Source: Clostridia bacterium (GTDB lineage: Bacteria > Bacillota > Clostridia > Christensenellales > CAG-314). From it: DNA of 64,000 nucleotides. Shown in pieces: positions 55,771-64,000 of this stretch; the stretch's first letter is position 1, and each line of letters starts with the position of its first letter. A model generated the notes under the pieces. It ran no database searches and was not told where the DNA came from. It saw nothing but the letters and a program-made list of their open reading frames with translations. The DNA lies in assembly GCA_017409765.1 (NCBI GenBank), contig JAFQSA010000057.1:4074-68073 (forward strand), read 5' to 3'. Made by a program: the position numbers and the translations under genes.

Positions 55771-56481
55771 ATGTACAAAAACATAATTTTTGACGTGTAC
55801 GGCACGATGGTGGACGTATGGACGGACGAACAAGACATCCAAACTTGGCAAGCCGTTGCCAGTTTGATGGATTTTTATGGAGCCAATTTGCTACCCGAGC
55901 AAATCAAAGTGATGTTTTTTGAGGGGTGTCAAAAGCAAATTGTCCAAGGCAAAAAGCGCTACGACTACCCCGAGATTGACGTGGTAAAGGTGTTTTACGA
56001 CATACTGGAAAGCCAAAATCTTGGTTGCAAAACAAAGGCAACCTTTTTGACACATGCATTTAGAGTGGCATCCACAAGAAAACTGCAACTGTTCGACAAC
56101 GTTTTGGAAACTCTTGCCAAACTAAAAAAGGCGGGCAAAAAGTTGTACATCCTTTCCAACGCGCAAGCAAGCTTTACGCAGTTTGAACTGAAAAAACTGG
56201 GACTGCCAAAGTACTTCAACGGAATTGTGCTTTCCTCCAAGTACGGCGTGGCAAAACCCAGCGCAACCTTTTTCGATATCATTTTGGAAAAATACCACCT
56301 AGAAAAGAGCGAGTGCATCTACGTTGGCAACGATTTGCACAGCGACATTTTGGGCGCAAACAATGCAGGTATCCACAGCATTTGGCTAAACACCGGACAC
56401 CTGCAAAACGACAGCGGACACACGCCCACCTACACCATTGATGACGGCGACTTTGCAAAAATTTGCGACGTTGTTTTGTAA
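55771..56481 (+). CDS. HAD-superfamily hydrolase (haloacid dehalogenase type II-like; motif I is DVYGT)
   Basis: ATG at 55771 with a GAGGAGGAG SD. IIFDVYGTMVDV, ILSNAQ and YVGNDLHSDILGA motifs. Confidence 0.8.
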   Translation: MYKNIIFDVYGTMVDVWTDEQDIQTWQAVASLMDFYGANLLPEQIKVMFFEGCQKQIVQGKKRYDYPEIDVVKVFYDILESQNLGCKTKATFLTHAFRVASTRKLQLFDNVLETLAKLKKAGKKLYILSNAQASFTQFELKKLGLPKYFNGIVLSSKYGVAKPSATFFDIILEKYHLEKSECIYVGNDLHSDILGANNAGIHSIWLNTGHLQNDSGHTPTYTIDDGDFAKICDVVL

Positions 56482-56490
56482 AACCCACAC

Positions 56491-56524
56491 AAAAAAAGAC
56501 CTCACAAGTTGTGAGGTCTTTTTG
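56491..56524. terminator. Bidirectional terminator between the HAD gene and glpK
   Basis: AGACCTCACAA-gt-TGTGAGGTCT stem flanked by A- and T-runs. Confidence 0.8.
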
Positions 56525-56574
56525 TAATGCTTATGTAATCAAATTGCGTTTGACACGTCAAGTAGTTGCAAAAA

Positions 56575-58059
56575 CTATCTTGTGCGCGCTTGACGAACTG
56601 CGTGGTTCCAACCATCAACAAGTTCGGCACGTCTTTCCGCTGTCATCTTTGGCTTGAACACCTTGTCAACTGCGATGTTTGTGCGGATATCTTCGATATC
56701 TGCCCAGTAGCCCATCATCAAACCAGCAAGGTAAGCAGCGCCAAGTGCTGTAACTTCGACAACCTTTGGACGGATTACTTCCGCACCCAAAATGTCAGAT
56801 TGGAATTGCATCAAGAAGTTGTTTGCAGATGCACCACCGTCAACGCGAAGGGATGTGATTTCCGCACCGGAGTCCTTTTTCATTGCGGTTACGAGGTCGT
56901 AAACTTGGTAGTCGATAGCCTCGAGTGCTGCGCGAACAAAGTGATCCTTGTTTGTACCACGAGTGATACCAACAACTGTACCGCGCGCTTCGGCATCCCA
57001 ATATGGAGCGCCAAGTCCTGTGAACGCAGGAACGATGTACACGCCGTTTGTATCGGGAACACGCTTAGCGTAGGTTTCTGTTTCGGGAGCGGAACGGATC
57101 ATACGCATTTCGTCACGCAACCATTGGTTGATTGCGCCACCGATAAACACGGAGCCTTCCAAGATGTATTGTGGTTTGTTGCCATCGGTGCATGCTGCCA
57201 ATGTTGTTACAAGACCATTGTTGCTTGCAACGGCTTGGTCGCCTGTGTTCATCAAAAGGAAACAGCCTGTACCGTAGGTGTTTTTGATGTCGCCTTTGTT
57301 TACGCAAAGGTGTCCAAACAATGCAGATTGTTGGTCGCCAACAACACCGCAAATGGGCACTTCTCTGCCGATAAACGTTTCGTCTGTGCAACCATAGTTG
57401 TGACCAGATGGGCAAACTTCGGGGAGCATACTGCGTGGGATACCGAACAATTGCAAAAGTTCGTCGTCCCAATCGAGTGTGTGGATGTTGTAGAGCATTG
57501 TACGGCTTGCGTTTGTGTAGTCAGTTGCAAAGATACGGCCGTTGGAAAGTTTCCACATGATGAATGTGTCTACTGTACCGAAAATGAGATCGCCCCTTTC
57601 TGCTCTTTCGCGAGCGCCTTCCACGTTGTCCAAAATCCATTTGATTTTTGTTGCGGAGAAGTAGGCGTCCAAAACAAGACCTGTTTTGTCGTAGATCATT
57701 TGGCTGAGGCCCTTTTCCTTGAGTTCTTCGCAGTAGCCGGCAGTTCTACGACATTGCCATACGATTGCGTTGTAGACAGGTTGACCTGTTTTGCGATCCC
57801 AAACAAAAGTTGTTTCGCGTTGGTTGGTGATACCGATGGACAAGATGTCTTCCACAGCGATATCCGCTTGAACGATTGCTTCCGTCATAACGGCAATTTG
57901 AGAGCCGTAGATATCTTGTGGACGGTGTTCTACCCAACCTGCTTTTGGATAAATTTGTTCAAATTCTTGTTGTGCCTTACCGATGATTTGACCGTGTTTG
58001 TCAAATACGATAGCGCGGGAGCTAGTTGTTCCTTGGTCGAGTGCAAGAATATATTTCAT
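56575..58059 (-). CDS. glpK: Glycerol kinase
   Basis: 494 aa. [20 protein letters not shown] start and FGGY-family blocks throughout. Confidence 0.95.
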   Translation of the reverse strand: MKYILALDQGTTSSRAIVFDKHGQIIGKAQQEFEQIYPKAGWVEHRPQDIYGSQIAVMTEAIVQADIAVEDILSIGITNQRETTFVWDRKTGQPVYNAIVWQCRRTAGYCEELKEKGLSQMIYDKTGLVLDAYFSATKIKWILDNVEGARERAERGDLIFGTVDTFIMWKLSNGRIFATDYTNASRTMLYNIHTLDWDDELLQLFGIPRSMLPEVCPSGHNYGCTDETFIGREVPICGVVGDQQSALFGHLCVNKGDIKNTYGTGCFLLMNTGDQAVASNNGLVTTLAACTDGNKPQYILEGSVFIGGAINQWLRDEMRMIRSAPETETYAKRVPDTNGVYIVPAFTGLGAPYWDAEARGTVVGITRGTNKDHFVRAALEAIDYQVYDLVTAMKKDSGAEITSLRVDGGASANNFLMQFQSDILGAEVIRPKVVEVTALGAAYLAGLMMGYWADIEDIRTNIAVDKVFKPKMTAERRAELVDGWNHAVRQARTR

Positions 58060-58106
58060 AGTAGTTTTCCTTTTGCATTTAGCAGATATTTATTGATTGG
58101 GGATTG

Positions 58107-58466
58107 TTACGCCTTTGTAATTTCCTTGGTAGCAATGATGTCTACACCGCAGCCACAAACGTCTGCGATAACAACATCACCAATGTGAACAGGTGCTTGC
58201 AAAACAACGTCTTTCAAAAGTTCCAAGCTATCAAAGATGAGGTGCTTGGGGATAGCTTCGCGTGTTTTTACGGAAACCATAGCAATGTTGCCACCTGCAA
58301 CTTTAACAGAACCTGTTACCATACGTTTTGGGCTTGTGATTTCGTTTTTAGCATAGATTACGCCACGTGGGCAAATGTTACCGGTAACTTTGATATCTTG
58401 CAAGTTGGAGTCATCTACAGTCAAACGGCAACCCATTGGGCAGTTAATACAAATCATTTCTCTCAT
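58107..58466 (-). CDS. DUF1667 domain protein (small subunit of the three-gene GlpA-type dehydrogenase set)
   Basis: 119 aa. MICINCPMGC...GNICPRG Cys motifs. Confidence 0.8.
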   Translation of the reverse strand: MREMICINCPMGCRLTVDDSNLQDIKVTGNICPRGVIYAKNEITSPKRMVTGSVKVAGGNIAMVSVKTREAIPKHLIFDSLELLKDVVLQAPVHIGDVVIADVCGCGVDIIATKEITKA

Positions 58467-58478
58467 AGCATTTCTCCT

Positions 58479-59735
58479 TTACTTAATCAAAGTGATTTCG
58501 ATGTGTTGTGCTTTTTTGAGTGTTTCTACTTGTTCAGCAGTAAGGTTGATGCTTTCCATTTCGCCTGGAGCAACAACTGGACGTTTTTTGCCAAATACCT
58601 TTACACCATCAGCAAATACGGCAAGTTCTACCTTCTTGAATACGTTAGCAACACGCATTTTGAAGTTCAAAGGTTGGTAGTTGTCGTCACGGTTGAGTTG
58701 TGTTGGAACACAGTAACGAACACCGTTTGTGCAGTTGATAGCAATCTTTTCTGCGCAGGATTCCAAACCGTTGATATATGCAACAGCGCACTTACCAGCG
58801 TTTTCGCTTTCGGCAGAAACAAAGTCAACAAGGTCGTGAACGTGAAGTACGTTACCGCACTCGAACACGCCGTCGATGTTTGTCATCATGTTTTCGTCAA
58901 CTACTGCACCACCTGTAACGTTGGAGAGTTCCACGCCACCTTGCTTAGCAAGTTCGTTTTCGGGGAGCAAACCAACGGAAAGGAGCAATGTGTCGCACTC
59001 GATGAGTTCAGCCTTGTCCATGATTGGAGCAAGTTTTTCGTCAACGGGGGCAACAACAACGCCTGTAACACGATCCTTACCTTTGATATCTACAACTGTG
59101 TGAGAGAAGTAGAGAGGGATGTCGAAGTCGTTCAAGCATTGAACGATGTTACGGTTAAGACCGGAGGAATATGGCATGAGTTCTACAACTGCTTTTACCT
59201 TTGCGCCTTCGAAGGTCATACGACGAGCCATGATAAGGCCGATGTCGCCAGAACCAAGGATAACGCATTCCTTACCGGGCATGTAGCCATCGATGTTTAC
59301 AAGTTTTTGAGCAGTACCAGCGGAAAATACGCCTGCACCACGCATACCTGCAATGTTGATACCGCCACGAGGACGTTCACGGCAACCGCAAGCAAGGATG
59401 ATTGCCTTTGCTTGGATTTGAGTAAGACCATCAACTGCGGAAACGTATGTTACAACTTTGTCTTTTGATACATCAATAACTGTTGCGTTAACGCGGTACT
59501 CGATGCCACGTTCAACAACTTGGTCGATGTATCTTTGAGCGTATTCGGGACCGGTGAGTTCTTCCTTGAAGGTGTGAAGACCAAAACCGTTGTGAATACA
59601 TTGGTTCAAAATTCCGCCAAGCTCTGCTTCGCGTTCCAAAATCAAAATATCTCTTTCGCCACAATCGTATGCGGCTTTTGCGGCAGCAAGACCAGCAGGA
59701 CCGCCACCAACGATAACCAAATTCATCTTTCTCAT
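58479..59735 (-). CDS. NAD(P)/FAD-dependent pyridine nucleotide-disulfide oxidoreductase
   Basis: ATG at 59735 behind a GGGAGAA SD; the ORF-track TTG at 59753 was rejected. Two Rossmann motifs, VIVGGGPAGLAAA and VILGSGDIGL. Confidence 0.85.
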   Translation of the reverse strand: MRKMNLVIVGGGPAGLAAAKAAYDCGERDILILEREAELGGILNQCIHNGFGLHTFKEELTGPEYAQRYIDQVVERGIEYRVNATVIDVSKDKVVTYVSAVDGLTQIQAKAIILACGCRERPRGGINIAGMRGAGVFSAGTAQKLVNIDGYMPGKECVILGSGDIGLIMARRMTFEGAKVKAVVELMPYSSGLNRNIVQCLNDFDIPLYFSHTVVDIKGKDRVTGVVVAPVDEKLAPIMDKAELIECDTLLLSVGLLPENELAKQGGVELSNVTGGAVVDENMMTNIDGVFECGNVLHVHDLVDFVSAESENAGKCAVAYINGLESCAEKIAINCTNGVRYCVPTQLNRDDNYQPLNFKMRVANVFKKVELAVFADGVKVFGKKRPVVAPGEMESINLTAEQVETLKKAQHIEITLIK

Positions 59736-59736
59736 A

Positions 59737-61164
59737 TTACTTTGTTCTCCCAAATACTACTTGGCTTGCGCCACCACGCTTGGTAACTTCTTCCAAAGGA
59801 AGGTTAAGTTCGCGTGCAATGATTTCCATGATACGAGGTGTGCAGAAACCTGCTTGGCAACGGCCCATGCCTGCGCGTGTACGACGTTTTACACCGTCGA
59901 GGTCAACTGCGCCTGGTTTACGGCGGATGGACTCAACGATTTCGCCTTCGGTTACAACTTCGCAACGGCAAACGATGTTACCATACAATGGGTTTTGATC
60001 GATAAGTTTTTGTCTGTCGATGTTACTAAGATGAGAGAATTGTGGGATTGCTTTGCGTGTTGCAACAAAGTTAGCGTTTGCTTTGAGTGCAAGTTTTTCA
60101 GCAACCCAACCAGCAACTTCTACTGCAATTGCAGGAGCGGCGGACAAACCTGGGGATTCGATACCAAGGCAGTTGTAGAAACCTTCTACTTCGCTCTCTT
60201 CAACTACAAAGTCGTTTTCGGGGATGTGAGCACGAAGACCACTAAATTGTGTGATGATTGTGCGCTTGTTGAGTGTTGGAACGGACACAAGTGCCTTTGC
60301 AAATGCTTCGCCAAGTTCTTCGATGGTTGTGTTTACGTCGTCTTTGTCCAATTTGTCAGTTGCAGTTGGGCCAACCAAGATGTTGCCGTGAGTAGTTGGT
60401 GTAACCAAGATACCCTTACCCATCTTTGTGGGTTGTTGGAACAATGTGTGGTCAGCAAGGTAACCAACGGATTTGTCCATCAACATGTAGTCGCCCTTGC
60501 GAGGTTGAACTTGATACTTGCGTTCGCAGATGAGGTTGTTGATTTCGTCTGCAAACAAACCTGCTGCGTTAACAACAACTTTTGCTTGTTCGGTGTAGCC
60601 ATCGGCACAAGTAACTGTAAAGATGCCATCTTCCTTTTTGAGACCTGTTACTTCGCTCAAGAAACGGAATTCAACACCGTTTGTGCAAGCGTTTTCTGCA
60701 TAGGCAACAGCCATTTCGTATGGGGAAACAATACCACCACTTGGGATAACCAATGCTGCAACAACGCTCTTGGAAAGATGTGGTTCCATTTCGCGCGCTT
60801 TGTCGCCATCAACAATGTAAAGTCCCTTTACACCGTTTTGTTCGCCACGAGCAAGCAAGTCGTTCAAACCACACTTGAGATCTTCGTTGAAGCAAAGAAC
60901 CATGGAGCCATTTCTGCGGAATGGGAAGTCCAATTCCTTGGAGAGTTGGTCGAACATTGCGTTACCCTTAACGTTGTAGTACGCTTTTTTGCTATTGGGA
61001 TATGCGTCATGGCCACCGTGTACGATACCGCTGTTTGCTTTTGTGGTACCTACGGATACGTCGTTGCCCTTTTCAAGCAACAAGATATCTGCGCTAAAGC
61101 GAGATAATTCGCGGGCGATGGAACAGCCAATAATACCACCGCCGATAATGATTATGTCTTTCAT
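59737..61164 (-). CDS. FAD-dependent glycerol-3-phosphate dehydrogenase/oxidase-like protein with a BFD-type [2Fe-2S] C-terminus
   Basis: ATG at 61164 with an AAGGAGGA SD. IIIIGGGIIGCSIAREL. C-terminal CRCEVVTEGEI...GMGRCQAGFC. Confidence 0.85.
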   Translation of the reverse strand: MKDIIIIGGGIIGCSIARELSRFSADILLLEKGNDVSVGTTKANSGIVHGGHDAYPNSKKAYYNVKGNAMFDQLSKELDFPFRRNGSMVLCFNEDLKCGLNDLLARGEQNGVKGLYIVDGDKAREMEPHLSKSVVAALVIPSGGIVSPYEMAVAYAENACTNGVEFRFLSEVTGLKKEDGIFTVTCADGYTEQAKVVVNAAGLFADEINNLICERKYQVQPRKGDYMLMDKSVGYLADHTLFQQPTKMGKGILVTPTTHGNILVGPTATDKLDKDDVNTTIEELGEAFAKALVSVPTLNKRTIITQFSGLRAHIPENDFVVEESEVEGFYNCLGIESPGLSAAPAIAVEVAGWVAEKLALKANANFVATRKAIPQFSHLSNIDRQKLIDQNPLYGNIVCRCEVVTEGEIVESIRRKPGAVDLDGVKRRTRAGMGRCQAGFCTPRIMEIIARELNLPLEEVTKRGGASQVVFGRTK

Positions 61165-61304
61165 TAGTCCTCCTTGCTCGCACAAATTTTTGTCTTTGGA
61201 TATCTACTATCCAAACTATGCGTCCTAATAATTATACAACATTTGTAAACTCATTTCAATAGCAAAATGTAATTTTTTTTATAAAAAATATAACATTTTT
61301 TTTA

Positions 61305-61343
61305 CAAAAAAAAGCAACCGAAGAGCGCTTCGATTGCTTTTTT
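61305..61343 (-). terminator. Terminator of the repeat-protein gene
   Basis: GCAATCGAAGCGCTCTTCGGTTGC stem followed by U8 on the minus strand. Confidence 0.8.
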
Positions 61344-61459
61344 GCTGTGATATTTGAAATTATAATAATGTTATAAATTTTCTCTATGACAAACGGCATT
61401 TTGCGAACAATTTGGCAATACAATTACCGACGCTTTTTTGACTAAAAAAGTTGGCTGGC

Positions 61460-64000
61460 TTAACCAAAAACTTCGCGTACTGTTTCGATAGAGTTGGCAA
61501 TTTTGTTCAAAACTTCCACCACATTGTCGGGTGTGCATTCGGACAAATCCTTGAGCATCAAATCCAGCACCACTTGGTAGTCGGGATCGAACTTTTCTTG
61601 CAGGTTGTAACCCATAAATTCCTCGCCGTTTAGCCACTTGGTTGCTGCGGTGTTGATGACGTCCGTTGCCATAGCGCGGAACTCGTCGTTATCCTCCAAA
61701 ACTTTGCCAATGTCGCGAACGGCTTGGTCGTTCAAAGTGGAGATACTGCTAACACTATTGACAAACTCCTTGGCGCTTGGGATGATGGATTGTACCGATT
61801 TGACGGAATCTGCCATGTTGTTTAGTACGTCAACAATGGTATCTGGGGTACAAGCAGACATATCTGCAAGTATCGGATCGAACAAGCTCTTGAGCTCGGG
61901 GTCGAGTTTTTCCGCAAGGTTGATACCCATGAATGCCTCGTTGTTGAGCCACTTGGTTGCGGCAGTATTGATTGTGTCCGTTGCTAAGATACGCAACTTT
62001 TCGTTGTCCGCCAAGATTTCGACAATGTTACGAATAGCTTGGTCGTTGATGCTGGAAAGGTCGCCAACACTATCCACAAATTCTTTTACAGCAGGAATAA
62101 GTGGTTTTACAGCTTGGATGGTGTCCGCCATGTCATTGAGAACACCAACGATATTGTCTTTGGTGCAAGTTGCCATGTCGTTGAGCATGGGATCGAACAC
62201 AGGTTTGAGCTCGGTGCCGAGTTTTTCCGCAAGATTGATACCCATAAACTCTTCGCCATTGAGCCATTTGGTAGCTACTTGATTGACAACGCCCGCTGCC
62301 ATGGAGCGAAAACCATCGTTTTGGGCCAGTACTGCGCCGATATCGCGAATAGCTTGGTCGTCCATCGTTTCGATACTGCCACTGCTGTTTACAAAACTAT
62401 CCACAGATGGCATGATATCCTTGACTGCTTTGATGGTGTCTGCCATGTCATTGATGATACCAACGAGATTGTCCTTGGTGCAAGTTGCCATGTCGTTGAG
62501 CATTGGGTCGAACAAGGGTTTGATCTCGTCACCCAATTTTTCCCGAATATTAAAGCCCAAAAACGATTCGTTATTGAGCCATTTTGTTGCAGCGGTGTTA
62601 ACTAGGCCTGTTGCCAAAGAGCAAAAGCTATCGTTATTGGCCAATACTGCGCCGATATCACGAATAGCTTGGTCGTCCATCGTTTCGATACTACCACTGC
62701 TGTTTACAAAGCTATCCACAGATGGCATGATATCCTTGACTGCTTTGACAGAGTCAGCCACACCATTGATGATGTCAACAAGTGTGTTCTCGGTGCAAGT
62801 TGCCATGTTGTTGAGCATTGGATCAAACACGGTTTTGAGCTCATCGCCCAACATTTCTTGTAGATTGAAACCTAAAAATGGCTCGTTATTGAGCCATTTT
62901 GTTGCAGCACTATTTACAATTTCCGTTGCCATTGCGCGTAATTTGGGATGTTCACCAAGCGCTTGGCCGATATCGCGAATGGCTTGGTCATCTAGCGTTT
63001 CGATGTTTTGCGCGCTATTGACCAAACTTAGTATAGGGGGAAAAAAAACTGTTTGTGCAGTCTCGATTGTGTTGGCGATGTCGTTTAGGACACCAACAAT
63101 TGTATCAGGTGTGCAGGTTGCCAAATCGTCCAAAATCAAATCGAGTACGAGTTTGTAGTCAGGGTCGAACTTTTCTTGTAGATTAAATCCCAAAAAGCTT
63201 TCGTTGTCAATCCATTTTTGCGATGCGTAGTTGACAATTTCCGTAGCAATTGTGCGCCACTTGTCGTTTTTGCCAAGTATTGTGGCAACGTCGCGAATGG
63301 CTTGGTGATCCATTGTTTCGATTTCGCCAACGCTGTTTACAAAGCGCAATGCAGGTGGAACAAGGGAGGTTACGTAAACCAAATCGTCCAGTGCGGAAAC
63401 TTCCTTTTCGCCATCCTTGTAGGTTACAAGTTTTTTGAAGTAGGATCCGGCAAGGTCGTTGGTAATTTTGATAGATTTGTTATTGGGAAGGTTGATGATT
63501 GCCTCCTCAACAGCGGGATCGATGGGTTTTTCCTCTGTGGAAACAATGTCGCTAACGTTTGTGTAGACGGAGGGCGCGACAGTACAGTAGCCAGCAATGG
63601 GGAACACAAAGAACAATGCAACCATCACGCCAGCAACAAGCCCAAAGGCAAGTCCGCCAAGGCGACCGATTAGACCCTTTTTCTTGGGGAGAACTGGCTT
63701 GAGGAGCAAGTTAACAATTGCGCGAACAAGGCCAGCCACAAGCAAGCAAACTGCAAACACAACAATGAACACAATTGGTTTGATGAGTGCTTGAACAAGT
63801 GTTGGGAAAAACTCCTTTAGTGTTGGGGATGCGACAAACACATCGCCAAACTTTGCCAACAGGTCGTCGATTGTGGGCAATGCAAGTTCGTAGGCTTTGG
63901 AAAGGACAAGTGGCGTTACCGAAAAGGCAACCACAAATGCCAAAATGATTGTTACAACCTTAACGGCGGAACGAATCAGCCCCTTGGAAAAACCTCCTAG
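61460..64000 (-). CDS. CvpA-like membrane anchor fused to six ~105-aa tandem repeats (5'-truncated by the window edge)
   Basis: The frame is open to position 64000; the TTG at 63943 is not the true start. The N-terminal TM region with GLIGRLGGLAFGLVAGVMV is CvpA-like. The repeat unit reads FVNS.G.IETMDDQAIRDIG..L..ND.FR.MAT..VN.AATKWLNNE.F.G.NL.EKLG.E.K..FDPML.DMA.CT.D..V...N.MAD. Confidence 0.6.
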   Translation of the reverse strand, partial: LGGFSKGLIRSAVKVVTIILAFVVAFSVTPLVLSKAYELALPTIDDLLAKFGDVFVASPTLKEFFPTLVQALIKPIVFIVVFAVCLLVAGLVRAIVNLLLKPVLPKKKGLIGRLGGLAFGLVAGVMVALFFVFPIAGYCTVAPSVYTNVSDIVSTEEKPIDPAVEEAIINLPNNKSIKITNDLAGSYFKKLVTYKDGEKEVSALDDLVYVTSLVPPALRFVNSVGEIETMDHQAIRDVATILGKNDKWRTIATEIVNYASQKWIDNESFLGFNLQEKFDPDYKLVLDLILDDLATCTPDTIVGVLNDIANTIETAQTVFFPPILSLVNSAQNIETLDDQAIRDIGQALGEHPKLRAMATEIVNSAATKWLNNEPFLGFNLQEMLGDELKTVFDPMLNNMATCTENTLVDIINGVADSVKAVKDIMPSVDSFVNSSGSIETMDDQAIRDIGAVLANNDSFCSLATGLVNTAATKWLNNESFLGFNIREKLGDEIKPLFDPMLNDMATCTKDNLVGIINDMADTIKAVKDIMPSVDSFVNSSGSIETMDDQAIRDIGAVLAQNDGFRSMAAGVVNQVATKWLNGEEFMGINLAEKLGTELKPVFDPMLNDMATCTKDNIVGVLNDMADTIQAVKPLIPAVKEFVDSVGDLSSINDQAIRNIVEILADNEKLRILATDTINTAATKWLNNEAFMGINLAEKLDPELKSLFDPILADMSACTPDTIVDVLNNMADSVKSVQSIIPSAKEFVNSVSSISTLNDQAVRDIGKVLEDNDEFRAMATDVINTAATKWLNGEEFMGYNLQEKFDPDYQVVLDLMLKDLSECTPDNVVEVLNKIANSIETVREVFG
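61463..63343 (-). repeat. Six in-frame ~315-bp tandem coding repeats
   Basis: Repeat starts fall at aa 201, 307, 412, 517, 622 and 727 of the visible ORF. Units 3 and 4 share an identical 30-aa block, MPSVDSFVNSSGSIETMDDQAIRDIGAVLA. Confidence 0.85.

Noticed and set aside
61463-63343. A ~315-bp tandem DNA periodicity that could be mistaken for a CRISPR array or satellite.
   Set aside because: The repeats are contiguous with no unique spacers, stay in frame within one long ORF, and diverge mostly in ways that conserve the protein motif. They are coding domain repeats.

Overview
This 64-kb chromosomal segment comes from a moderately low-GC, endospore-forming Firmicute that looks Clostridia-like (spoIIE, spmA/spmB and whiA are present). 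I call about 50 protein genes, roughly three quarters on the minus strand. Most are housekeeping: dnaE, murB, whiA, metG, a TatD hydrolase, queH, cvpA, argS, gyrA, gyrB, recF and glpK. Others are a three-gene GlpA-type glycerol-3-phosphate dehydrogenase set, two half-transporter ABC exporters, an OmpR/HK two-component pair, an acyl-ACP thioesterase and an MFS/GPH-like transporter. I recognised no rRNA, tRNA, CRISPR array, transposase, integrase or known defence genes. The content worth a second look is: (1) an extracytoplasmic flavinylation module at 23.7-29.4 kb, made of a Gx-transporter, a secreted ApbE fused to a NusG_II domain, and three paralogous FMN-binding lipoproteins, each an independent promoter-to-terminator cassette, with no recognisable redox partner nearby. 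(2) A cobalamin riboswitch driving a DUF4430 lipoprotein and an ECF-S-like membrane protein at 30.2-31.4 kb. (3) A ~175-nt helix-closed element present twice, directly upstream of metG and of a tRNA-modification operon (radical SAM plus queH). (4) Three dispersed intergenic repeat families: a GC hairpin with TGC/CCTACG flanks, a double-hairpin CCCCCAAAGTGGGAG element, and a non-palindromic A-tract/CACGTATCC/A-tract motif with about 15 copies, always co-oriented with a flanking gene. (5) Diverged duplicate 3' ends left behind two genes (the rlmD-like gene and spoIIE), the first next to a GIY-YIG nuclease gene. (6) A CvpA-anchored protein with six ~105-aa tandem repeats, truncated by the window edge. 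(7) A small Cys/Asn/Gly-rich membrane protein divergent from an ArsR regulator. Coding strands are strongly A+C-rich, which produces many long codon-aligned antisense shadow ORFs; I rejected these. All functional calls rest on motifs I can read in the translations and on remembered family signatures. No database search was run.
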